A stretch of 64,000 bases of DNA from sequence record DRR723986_6741; one strand, given 5' to 3'. This document shows, piece after piece, positions 19,283 through 27,782 of this stretch. Both the position numbers and the translations under genes were made by a program. Numbering within the stretch: the first letter of the stretch is position 1; every line of letters starts with the position of its first letter. The notes beneath the pieces were generated by a model. That model did no database searches, was not told the origin of the DNA, and saw nothing but the letters and a program-made list of their open reading frames with translations.

Positions 19283-20005
19283 ATGGAACTAGAGAAAAAG
19301 AACTTTGAATTACTGCCCGACGCGCAGAAAAACTGGCAAAATCGACCTGAGTGGTTTTTCAACCGCGCACACACAGATACTTATGAGCTATGGTACGAAG
19401 GGCGATACAAGCGCGCCGAAGTCTGGCAAAAGAAGGTCATGGAGCAGTTGGTGTCCAAAGACAAGCGAGTAAAGACACTCTTGGAATTCGGCTGTGGCAC
19501 CACCCGTTTTACACGTTGGTGGAAAGAAATTGGCATTAAAGCTACAGGAGGCGATATTTCTCCACTGATGCTATCCCAAGCTATCCATTTGTTTGATGGT
19601 GATTTGGTAATGGCTGATTCCCATTACATGCCTTTCAAGGATCATACCTTCGACTCGCTGGCATTCATCACTACGTTCGAGTATTACAAAGATCCTGTGA
19701 AAGTAATTCGTGAATCTGCCCGTGTTGCCAAATATGGTATTGCAATGGGAATGATGAATCGAAATTCACCAAAGGTGCTTAGGAGAAGAGTTCAGCAGGC
19801 TTTTGGTAAAAACCCGTTCTATGTCACGGCTACTTTTTACACACCAGCGATGCTCATTAAGATTATTGAGGAAGCTTTGGAAGGAAGAGATTACACAATT
19901 GAATGGTCATGTACTGGTTTGCCAAAATGGTTTCCCGTTCAGCAATGGAGTGTTCCGTATGGGGACTTTTTCGGATTATATGTCAAGTTGAATGATGTAG
20001 AATAA
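19283..20005 (+). CDS. Class I SAM-dependent methyltransferase (TPP-riboswitch controlled)
   Basis: LLEFGCGT motif I, GGDIS, MPFKDHTFD. Confidence 0.88.
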   Translation: MELEKKNFELLPDAQKNWQNRPEWFFNRAHTDTYELWYEGRYKRAEVWQKKVMEQLVSKDKRVKTLLEFGCGTTRFTRWWKEIGIKATGGDISPLMLSQAIHLFDGDLVMADSHYMPFKDHTFDSLAFITTFEYYKDPVKVIRESARVAKYGIAMGMMNRNSPKVLRRRVQQAFGKNPFYVTATFYTPAMLIKIIEEALEGRDYTIEWSCTGLPKWFPVQQWSVPYGDFFGLYVKLNDVE

Positions 20006-21060
20006 TGGCAGATCAACTCGGTAAAATCAACTTTGAAGGGTACCAGGATTTGCTCGCAGGTAGATTTGGAGCTGCTCGAAAAGAAGTAAAACAAGGCCCA
20101 GCATTCGGTGTAGACGTCGCTATTACGTCCCTTCCGGGAGGCTTGGCAATGGCGACTACGAGCGATCCACTTTCCTTGATTCCCTCTTTGGGATTGCAGG
20201 AGTCCGCCTGGCTCAGTGTGCACCTCATGGCCAATGATATGGCTACGACAGGTTTTGCACCACAGTACGGACAGTTTGTCTTGAATTTGCCGGATACACT
20301 TTCCAATGCCGATTTCAATACCTATTGGAGTTTTATCGATCGATATTGCCACGAAATCGGGGTTGCTATCACAGGAGGCCATACTGGATTTGTTCAGGGA
20401 CAAAATTCGACTTTTGCCGGAGGAGGTACGTTGATCACCATTGCAAAAGAATCCGAAATGCTTTGCTCCACAGGAGCTCAGGAAGGGGACGCCATTTTGG
20501 TGACGAAATCCTGTGCATTGACAGCTACAGCTATATTGGGGATGAGTTTTCCCCAAACTATCAAGCAAAAGCTTGGGATGGGAATTTACCATTCTGCGTG
20601 TGAGCAATTTTACCAAACTTCCTCGCTTCAAGATGCACTTTGCGCAGCTGGAACGGATAAGAAATACCCGGAAATCCATGCCATGCATGATGTCACTGAA
20701 GGTGGGGTGTTGGGTGCAATCTATGAAATGCTTGTAGCTTCGGATAAGGGCGGTGAAATTGACATTGACCAATTACCAATTGGCAATGTAGCTGCAGCGA
20801 TTTCAGAATTGTTTGGGCTGGATCCAAGATATTGCGTAGGTGCTGGATCCATGGTCATTGCTTGCGATGGCAATAAATCTGAGGATGTGATCAAGCGACT
20901 TGCTGAAATAAATATTCTCTGCACTCAAGTGGGAAGAGTGACTGAAAGTATAGCAGGCATTCAAAGCCAAAAATCAGGGATTACCTCTCCCTTAGTCTAT
21001 ATGGAGACTGATCCCTATTGGGCAGCTTATTTTGATGCATTAAAAGCTGGATGGAAATGA
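20005..21060 (+). CDS. AIR synthase-related (PurM/ThiL/HypE/SelD superfamily) protein
   Basis: GVDVA, TSDP, ANDMATTG, ITGGHT, MHDVTEGG. Confidence 0.88.
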   Translation: MADQLGKINFEGYQDLLAGRFGAARKEVKQGPAFGVDVAITSLPGGLAMATTSDPLSLIPSLGLQESAWLSVHLMANDMATTGFAPQYGQFVLNLPDTLSNADFNTYWSFIDRYCHEIGVAITGGHTGFVQGQNSTFAGGGTLITIAKESEMLCSTGAQEGDAILVTKSCALTATAILGMSFPQTIKQKLGMGIYHSACEQFYQTSSLQDALCAAGTDKKYPEIHAMHDVTEGGVLGAIYEMLVASDKGGEIDIDQLPIGNVAAAISELFGLDPRYCVGAGSMVIACDGNKSEDVIKRLAEINILCTQVGRVTESIAGIQSQKSGITSPLVYMETDPYWAAYFDALKAGWK

Positions 21061-21701
21061 AGGAAAAAGCGAAAATTAACTCTGGAATATATCTGGTGAT
21101 TGATCCTTCGATGGAAGAAAGCACGCTTTTAGAATCATTGGAAAAAGCTATTTCGGCAAAACCTTGCGCTCTGCAGATTTGGGATAATTTCCCTTCTTCG
21201 GTTCAGGTAGCACCACTTATTTGTAAAATAAAAGAGATCTGTAGAGGTACTGGAATTCCTATTTTAATGAATAATCATCCTGAATGGGCCGAGCTGTTTG
21301 ACATGGATGGAATTCATTTTGACGAGTTGTCCCCTGATCATACCGTATCGTTTCCTAAGTTAAAACAGCAAGGAAAACTCATTGGCGTGACGATCAATAA
21401 TGACTTGGACCTGATCAAAGCTGCTATTCGGGCCAATGTGGATTACCTCTCTTTTTGCTCCATGTTTCCCTCATCGACCGCAAATAGCTGTGATTTGGTG
21501 GAGTTCGAAACGGTTCAAAAAACAAGGAAACTCACATCCATCCCAATTTTCCTAGCAGGTGGGATCACTACCCAAAGAATCGAACACCTAAAACCCTTAG
21601 AATTTGATGGCATCGCTGTGGTGTCTGGTGTGATGAAAGCTGCAGATCCAGAGATAGCCATTTCTCAATACAAACAATTACTTACTGACTTAAAAAAATG
21701 A
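21051..21701 (+). CDS. Thiamine-phosphate synthase (ThiE/TenI) fold protein with divergent active site
   Basis: IYLVID, DGIH, DYL, IPIFLAGGI, GIAVVSGVMKAADP. Confidence 0.82.
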   Translation: MEMKEKAKINSGIYLVIDPSMEESTLLESLEKAISAKPCALQIWDNFPSSVQVAPLICKIKEICRGTGIPILMNNHPEWAELFDMDGIHFDELSPDHTVSFPKLKQQGKLIGVTINNDLDLIKAAIRANVDYLSFCSMFPSSTANSCDLVEFETVQKTRKLTSIPIFLAGGITTQRIEHLKPLEFDGIAVVSGVMKAADPEIAISQYKQLLTDLKK

Positions 21702-21979
21702 AACTAGAAACGATAGAAAAGCTCTGCTGTCCATTTGATAAGCAAGATTTAACCTTAAAAATAATCCTCAAAAATGCAGAAGAAAACATCTTAGAAGGCT
21801 GGCTAAACTGTTCAAGCTGTAGTAGAATCTACCCAATTATCAAAGGTATCCCCATCATGAATCCTGATGAGTATAGGGAAGCACACTTGGAGCAGCCAGT
21901 ATTGGATAGATGGCAAAATCAATTGGAAGGTAGAGAAATAAAGGATTTTAGGTTAAAAGAAAGCCCTTCTACTATCTGA
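21698..21979 (+). CDS. Trm112-like protein
   Basis: LCCPFDKQDL...GWLNCSSCSRIYPIIKGIPIM. Confidence 0.85.
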   Translation: MKLETIEKLCCPFDKQDLTLKIILKNAEENILEGWLNCSSCSRIYPIIKGIPIMNPDEYREAHLEQPVLDRWQNQLEGREIKDFRLKESPSTI

Positions 21980-22068
21980 TGTTGCTGAAAAGAGTGTGGA
22001 TGGTTCTATTATTTACTAGGAAAAAAGTAGCTTAGGAATACTTTTGAATTACCATACTATTTTTAAAA

Positions 22069-24477
22069 ATGAAGAAATGGATTAAGAAAGCCAAAAACTG
22101 GATAACTGCTAAGCTGTCACTTATCTCTCCTGGTTTTTATGCATTTAAAGGCGCAGCCTTTGGCTTAATAGCATTCACAGTTTTATTGATTATCCTTAAT
22201 GTTGTTATATTTTCTTTTCAGATAGGCGATCCGTACTATTTGCTTTTTGGTCTAGTGACTATCATTGTTATGGCTCTTCTGGGGGCGTTGGGAGTTTGGA
22301 TTATAAAGCTTCTTTACCAAATCCCTAGGGGGTTCAAATTTGCGCTTCTTATGTGCTTGCCTATTCTGGCTATGATAGTTTATTTCCAGGTGGTATTGGT
22401 AGTACTATTGGCAGTGCTCTTTTCGATACTCGGCGCGGTATATTTTATCTTTGTACGTTCGAGCTTCTCCAGATTGACCACACCAAAAAAAGTGGTTGCT
22501 TCAATAGCTTTGTGTATTGCTCTTTTTGGAATCGGAGCCTCAGTATATTACTATTCTATTATTGGCTTGGATGTAGATCCAATTGAAAATGCAGCATTAC
22601 TTACTGCAGACAAAATTCCGGCGATTTTGGGAAAATCACCTGGAGACAATGGAGAGTATTTGGTCAAAACAATTACTTATGGCAGTGGAAAGGACAAACA
22701 TAGACCTGAGTTTGCTGAGAAAGTAACCTTTAATTTTTTAACAGATTCAGTGAACGGAGTTGCTTTTCTAGATAACTGGAATGGCTTTTCTGGTTGGTGG
22801 AGGGAGAAATACTGGGGTTTTGATGATAAATCGCTTCCAATCAATGGTAGAGTTTGGTACCCGGAAGGGCAAGGCCCATTCCCATTAGTTTTAGTAGTTC
22901 ATGGAAATCATAGCATGCAGGATTATTCTGATCCTGGTTACGATTACCTGGGAGAACTATTGGCTTCAAGGGGAATGGTTTTGGTATCAGTCGACGAGAA
23001 TTTCATCAACAGTTCGTGGACGGACATAAGGGAGGGATTAAGCGAAGAAAATGATGCTAGAGGCTGGTTGCTTTTGGAGCATCTCAAGGTTTGGCATGAT
23101 TGGAACTCAAGTTCAGATCACCCATTTTTCAATAAAATAGACACTACAAAGATAGCTTTGATCGGTCATTCCAGAGGCGGAGAAGCAGTGGCTCACGCCG
23201 CTATGTTAAATGAATTGGATTTTTATCCGGATGATGCTTCTGTCAAGCTGGATTATCATTATAACATCAAGTCGATCGTCGCCATCGCTCCTGTAGACGG
23301 GCAATACGAGCCAGGCGATAGTAGAACAAAATTGAAGGATATCAATTACTTCGTGATTCACGGAGCTCAGGATGCTGATGTTTCTTCCTTCATGGGATCT
23401 ATGCAATACGAGCGGATCAGCTTTCAGGATTCCTCCTATCATTTCAAATCTGGACTCTATGTTTATGGTGCCAATCACGGGCAATTCAATACTTCTTGGG
23501 GAAATAACGATACCGGTAATCCTTTTCTGGGCCTTTTGAACCTTAAACAGCAGCTTGATGATTCTACTCAGCAGAAAATTGCCAAGGTCTATATTTCAGC
23601 ATTTCTTGAAGCTACTTTGGAGGGGAAAAAGGAATATTTACCACTTTTCCTAGATGCCAGAAAAGGGAAGAATTGGCTTCCGGAGACGATTTACCTGAAT
23701 CAGTTTGAGGATTCAAACCTGAAAATCCTGGCAAATTTTGACGAGGATTTTGATGTTAAAACTCTAACCACTGATTCGGCGAGTGTAGAATCCACGAACT
23801 TATCGGTTTGGAGGGAAGCTGAAATCCAATTGAAATGGGGGAAAAAAGGCTCGAGAGCAGCTTTTTTGGGATGGAATTATGAGTTGGAAGATAGTTTGAA
23901 AGATGAAAAGGCTATAGACATTGTCGCAGACTCCTTAATTGCCAGCTACAGTTTAAACTTTGATCCTGAGGCTTTTTTGCTCGATTCCACCAGTGTTTTG
24001 ATGTTTTCCATGGCAGAATCAACCGAAGATGCTAACCCGAAATCCTCCGGAAAATGGCTTGTTAACGCTAATGATAATAATAACACTGAAGAAGAGGAGG
24101 ATGAAGAAAATTCTGACGAGGAACTTGAAGAGGTTGAGGAATCAGATGAAGATGACACTGAAGAGAAGAAAGCGAAGAAGCCTCTGGATTTCACCATCCA
24201 CTTACTAGATTCTGCTGGGCAATCTGTCAAATTCTTATTGAGTGAATTTTCTCCATTGCAGCGTGAAATTTCCGTGACCATCTGGAAATCTGATTTTATA
24301 CAAGGAAATAGTCAATCGGAAAAAGTATTTCAAACCTTCGCTTTCAACCTAGAAAAATTTGCCAAATCAAACCCTAGCTTCACTCCTACCCAAATCAAGA
24401 CTATCAAGTTTGTCTTTGATCAAAGTATCTCCGGAGTTGTGGTAGTGGATAATATTGGGTTTAGCCGAGAGTTGTAG
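22069..24477 (+). CDS. Membrane-anchored alpha/beta hydrolase
   Basis: About 5 N-terminal TM helices, VHGNH, GHSRGG nucleophile elbow, GANHGQFN. Confidence 0.8.
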   Translation: MKKWIKKAKNWITAKLSLISPGFYAFKGAAFGLIAFTVLLIILNVVIFSFQIGDPYYLLFGLVTIIVMALLGALGVWIIKLLYQIPRGFKFALLMCLPILAMIVYFQVVLVVLLAVLFSILGAVYFIFVRSSFSRLTTPKKVVASIALCIALFGIGASVYYYSIIGLDVDPIENAALLTADKIPAILGKSPGDNGEYLVKTITYGSGKDKHRPEFAEKVTFNFLTDSVNGVAFLDNWNGFSGWWREKYWGFDDKSLPINGRVWYPEGQGPFPLVLVVHGNHSMQDYSDPGYDYLGELLASRGMVLVSVDENFINSSWTDIREGLSEENDARGWLLLEHLKVWHDWNSSSDHPFFNKIDTTKIALIGHSRGGEAVAHAAMLNELDFYPDDASVKLDYHYNIKSIVAIAPVDGQYEPGDSRTKLKDINYFVIHGAQDADVSSFMGSMQYERISFQDSSYHFKSGLYVYGANHGQFNTSWGNNDTGNPFLGLLNLKQQLDDSTQQKIAKVYISAFLEATLEGKKEYLPLFLDARKGKNWLPETIYLNQFEDSNLKILANFDEDFDVKTLTTDSASVESTNLSVWREAEIQLKWGKKGSRAAFLGWNYELEDSLKDEKAIDIVADSLIASYSLNFDPEAFLLDSTSVLMFSMAESTEDANPKSSGKWLVNANDNNNTEEEEDEENSDEELEEVEESDEDDTEEKKAKKPLDFTIHLLDSAGQSVKFLLSEFSPLQREISVTIWKSDFIQGNSQSEKVFQTFAFNLEKFAKSNPSFTPTQIKTIKFVFDQSISGVVVVDNIGFSREL

Positions 24478-24510
24478 AAGAAATAGTTAATAGGGTCAAA
24501 CTTGTAGGTA

Positions 24511-24569
24511 GTCAAGTCGAACGAAGTCGAGCACAATAGAATTTAGACTTCGACTTCGCTCAGCCTGAT
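24511..24569. repeat. REP-like palindromic element between convergent genes
   Basis: GTCAAGTCGAACGAAGTCGAG ... CTTCGACTTCGCTCAGCCTGA imperfect inverted arms. Confidence 0.65.
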
Positions 24570-24595
24570 TAACCATAATCAAAGGCCTACCACGT

Positions 24596-27500
24596 TTAAT
24601 CCTTCTTCACAGTCGTTGTATCAGGTTTAGTGGAGGCTGGTGTGCTTTTAGGAAAAAATCCTTTCAAGAGCTTTTTGGCTTCATCCACAGCTTTATCTTT
24701 TGCTACATCCACCTGTTTTTCCAATTCCTTCTTTACACTATCCTGTGCTACTTCTGATTTTGCTTTGAGTGCCAATTTCATGCTGTCCTGAGCAGCATTG
24801 AATTGCTCATTAGCCTGTGTTTGGAGATTTTTTGCCTCACCACTTACTCTAGCTTTCAGTGCATTCGCAAGCAATGATTCTATACTGTTTCCTCCGGCAA
24901 GGGTGATTTTCGGCGAATTGTACGTTCCTGAAAGGTTCAAGGCCAATGGAATAGTAGTATTCTCATCCGTGGAAGTTCCAGTGATAGAGGATAAAAGAGC
25001 ATTTGCTTGGGATCCGAATTTCCCGGCAGGAATCTGCATATTTACTAAGTAATTTATCGAGCCATCAAAACCCGCCGTACCTTGCACGTTTGCCTGATAA
25101 TCCCACAGTTTCACATCGAATGGCTTCACATCCATCACGCCATTTTCAATCGAAATAGGGATGGTAATATTCTTGAGCTGAAGGGTATTCACATCTTTTA
25201 GCTTTGTGAGAATAGTGATTCCTTCTAATATTTTACTGTCTTTCAGAGCTGTCTCGGCCACTTTCAGCAAACCTTTTCCATCAAGACTTGACAATAATGG
25301 CATCATATCCTGGCCCAGTTTTCCGGAGAAATTTAGATCGGAATTGAATTTTCCTGTCAGGTTTTGAGCAATTGGAGCAAAAGCTTTAATGGTATTAAAT
25401 GACTTAAAAGCTTCTGCAATGCTGAGTTCTGAAATGTTTAAGCTGAAATTAAATGCGGGCTCAGTCAAATCTCTAGGATCATAGTTACCTGACAATCCAA
25501 TAGTACCTCCCATCGTTTTCATTGATGCATCGGAAAAGCTCAGAACGCCATTTTTTAATGACATATTTCCTTTCACCTCTTTTAGGTTCAAATTGTCATA
25601 GATCACTTCATTTGCGACCGCAGTCATGGCAAAGTCTATATTATTTGGTAACTCGATTACTGATAGCTCAGTACTTGTCGTATCAGCCGAAGTATCTTCG
25701 CTCATCCATTCATTTACATTGAACCTACTGCTATTCATGGCGAGCTGACCTTTCAAGGTTCCGTTTTCACCAAGGAAGTACTCCATGTAATTGGAAAGGT
25801 AACCAGTGGCCTGCAATGGGCTTTCTCCAATCTTCGAATCGAATTCTGTTAAATTTATACGCTCTGGAGTAAATTCTGCTTTTGCGCTAGCGATCTCAAC
25901 ACCCTGAGGGACATCAGTAGAAGAATACTTGAACTTGCTGATATCCATGCTGCCGCGAGTCTCCAGTTGATTGTATTTTTCAGCCTGAACAGCCGCATAG
26001 GATCCTTTCGTATTGATATCCGCTTGAATATGACCTTCCATAGTCATGTCATCCATTGGAAAAATGGCTAATATCTTCCTGAGATCAACTCCTCCGATAA
26101 TTTCTCCATCCCAGAAGAGTTTGTCAAAATCTCGGATTTTCATGTTTCCTCGTATTGCTTCACCTTCCAGCTCAAATCCAAACTGACTTAGATCAACCAG
26201 AAAATCCGTCATATTTCCATTAGGATTCTGCACGGAGGCATTCACGTTTAATTTCTCAATGGGTGCTGGATAATCTGCACTTTTTGCATATCCATTAGCC
26301 AGCAAAAGCTTTGCATTGATGGCAGGAATAATACCTGCGACAGAATCATATCGACCTTTGGCAGTAGCATCCACATCGAGATTTCCTTTTAAGGCAAGCC
26401 CCTCAATTGGGAAAATGGAGGTCAATTCCTCCAGATCTAATTTGCCTTTCAAAGCAGCATCGATTGTGTAACTTACCAAATCAGATAGATACAATTTTCC
26501 TGAAATAGGATTACTTCCAAAGTCTAAATTGAATGTGGGAATTGAAATGGAAGTATTATCAATATTATCCGTTTCGTTTTTTACCTGGAGGTCAAGATTC
26601 ACGTTTTTCACTGGCTTTGGCAAGTCTGGGTATTGGAACATGCCGTCAGCTACTTTGAGCGAAATATCAAAAGAAGGAATTTTCACATCATTGTAAATCC
26701 CTTTGATAGTTCCATTGAAATCCATGGTTCCAGAGGTTTTTAAACTGGAAAAACTCTCCGAGTAGATACCAGGAATAAGTGATAAAATACTCTTGAACTC
26801 ATTGTCAATTCCTGTTAAAACTAGATCCATTTCTATGTCATCGCTAGGCATTGCCAAGAATCCGCTCAATCCAAAAAGAAAATCGTTTAGCTGAAAATTA
26901 CCTTCTCCTAGCGTGAACCTCATATTTTCCATGTCAATATTCAGCAGGGTTTCGCCCTTGAAAGTTTTGTTGGTAAGGTAACTTACATCTTTATAGGTAA
27001 TGTCTGCTATCAAAGCTTCCATGTCAATCGGAAGGTCATACACATCTGCTGTAAAATCACCGGACCCCTGTGCATTGATCCCTCCTAATGCCATAAAATA
27101 ATCAAGTTGTCTATCGTCATAGACCAAATTGAGATTGCTGATTTCCATCTCATCCACTCCGATTTTAAAATTGCTATCAGCCGTATCTTCCGCCACTGTT
27201 TCTGAAGGGAAAGTGATGTCATAATTTGCTTTCCCATCTTCCAATACCTTGATGTAAACATTTCCACCATTCAAATGGACCCCAGTGAGCGTAGGGTAGT
27301 CATCAAAAAGCACGGATTTAAGGTTGAAATCAATGGCCAATTCACGAAGTGAAACCAAAGTGTCCTTTTCAAAAGGGGCATTCCCAACAATATCGAAATC
27401 AGTGATTCTTGCCGATACGTTTGGGAATCTTCTAAAGAGGCTTAAGCTCACATTATCAATGTCATAAATGACTTTTGCATTCACAGATTGGGCAATTTCC

Positions 27501-27607
27501 CGGTCAATTCGGGCAGCAATTTTGTCTTTGAAAAGAAAAGGAACAGCTACTGCTGCAGCTATCAAAAATATAAATACACCTAAAATGATGATCAGTGCCT
27601 TTTTCAT
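24596..27607 (-). CDS. AsmA family protein
   Basis: N-terminal TM anchor MKKALII...VPFLFKDKI, SLFRRFPNV, repeated beta-groove segments. Confidence 0.8.
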   Translation of the reverse strand: MKKALIIILGVFIFLIAAAVAVPFLFKDKIAARIDREIAQSVNAKVIYDIDNVSLSLFRRFPNVSARITDFDIVGNAPFEKDTLVSLRELAIDFNLKSVLFDDYPTLTGVHLNGGNVYIKVLEDGKANYDITFPSETVAEDTADSNFKIGVDEMEISNLNLVYDDRQLDYFMALGGINAQGSGDFTADVYDLPIDMEALIADITYKDVSYLTNKTFKGETLLNIDMENMRFTLGEGNFQLNDFLFGLSGFLAMPSDDIEMDLVLTGIDNEFKSILSLIPGIYSESFSSLKTSGTMDFNGTIKGIYNDVKIPSFDISLKVADGMFQYPDLPKPVKNVNLDLQVKNETDNIDNTSISIPTFNLDFGSNPISGKLYLSDLVSYTIDAALKGKLDLEELTSIFPIEGLALKGNLDVDATAKGRYDSVAGIIPAINAKLLLANGYAKSADYPAPIEKLNVNASVQNPNGNMTDFLVDLSQFGFELEGEAIRGNMKIRDFDKLFWDGEIIGGVDLRKILAIFPMDDMTMEGHIQADINTKGSYAAVQAEKYNQLETRGSMDISKFKYSSTDVPQGVEIASAKAEFTPERINLTEFDSKIGESPLQATGYLSNYMEYFLGENGTLKGQLAMNSSRFNVNEWMSEDTSADTTSTELSVIELPNNIDFAMTAVANEVIYDNLNLKEVKGNMSLKNGVLSFSDASMKTMGGTIGLSGNYDPRDLTEPAFNFSLNISELSIAEAFKSFNTIKAFAPIAQNLTGKFNSDLNFSGKLGQDMMPLLSSLDGKGLLKVAETALKDSKILEGITILTKLKDVNTLQLKNITIPISIENGVMDVKPFDVKLWDYQANVQGTAGFDGSINYLVNMQIPAGKFGSQANALLSSITGTSTDENTTIPLALNLSGTYNSPKITLAGGNSIESLLANALKARVSGEAKNLQTQANEQFNAAQDSMKLALKAKSEVAQDSVKKELEKQVDVAKDKAVDEAKKLLKGFFPKSTPASTKPDTTTVKKD

Positions 27608-27782
27608 ATATGGTTTTATTAAGCGAATAGGTGGGTTTGCTGGAATAGGTAGATTCCAGTCAGGCAATAGATACGTAATTATTGCCCTTTGTAGGCTAAA
27701 TAGTTACAAAATTTAAGCCGCGAAGCTTATACATTCTCCGAAGAGCTTGCATTTAGGAAAACTAAGTACAAGGAAATTTAAT

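Noticed and set aside
19939-20772. 277-aa antisense ORF opposite the PurM-like gene
   Set aside because: No recognisable motifs and fully overlaps a well-supported operon; treated as a shadow ORF, like the other short nested ORFs in the track.
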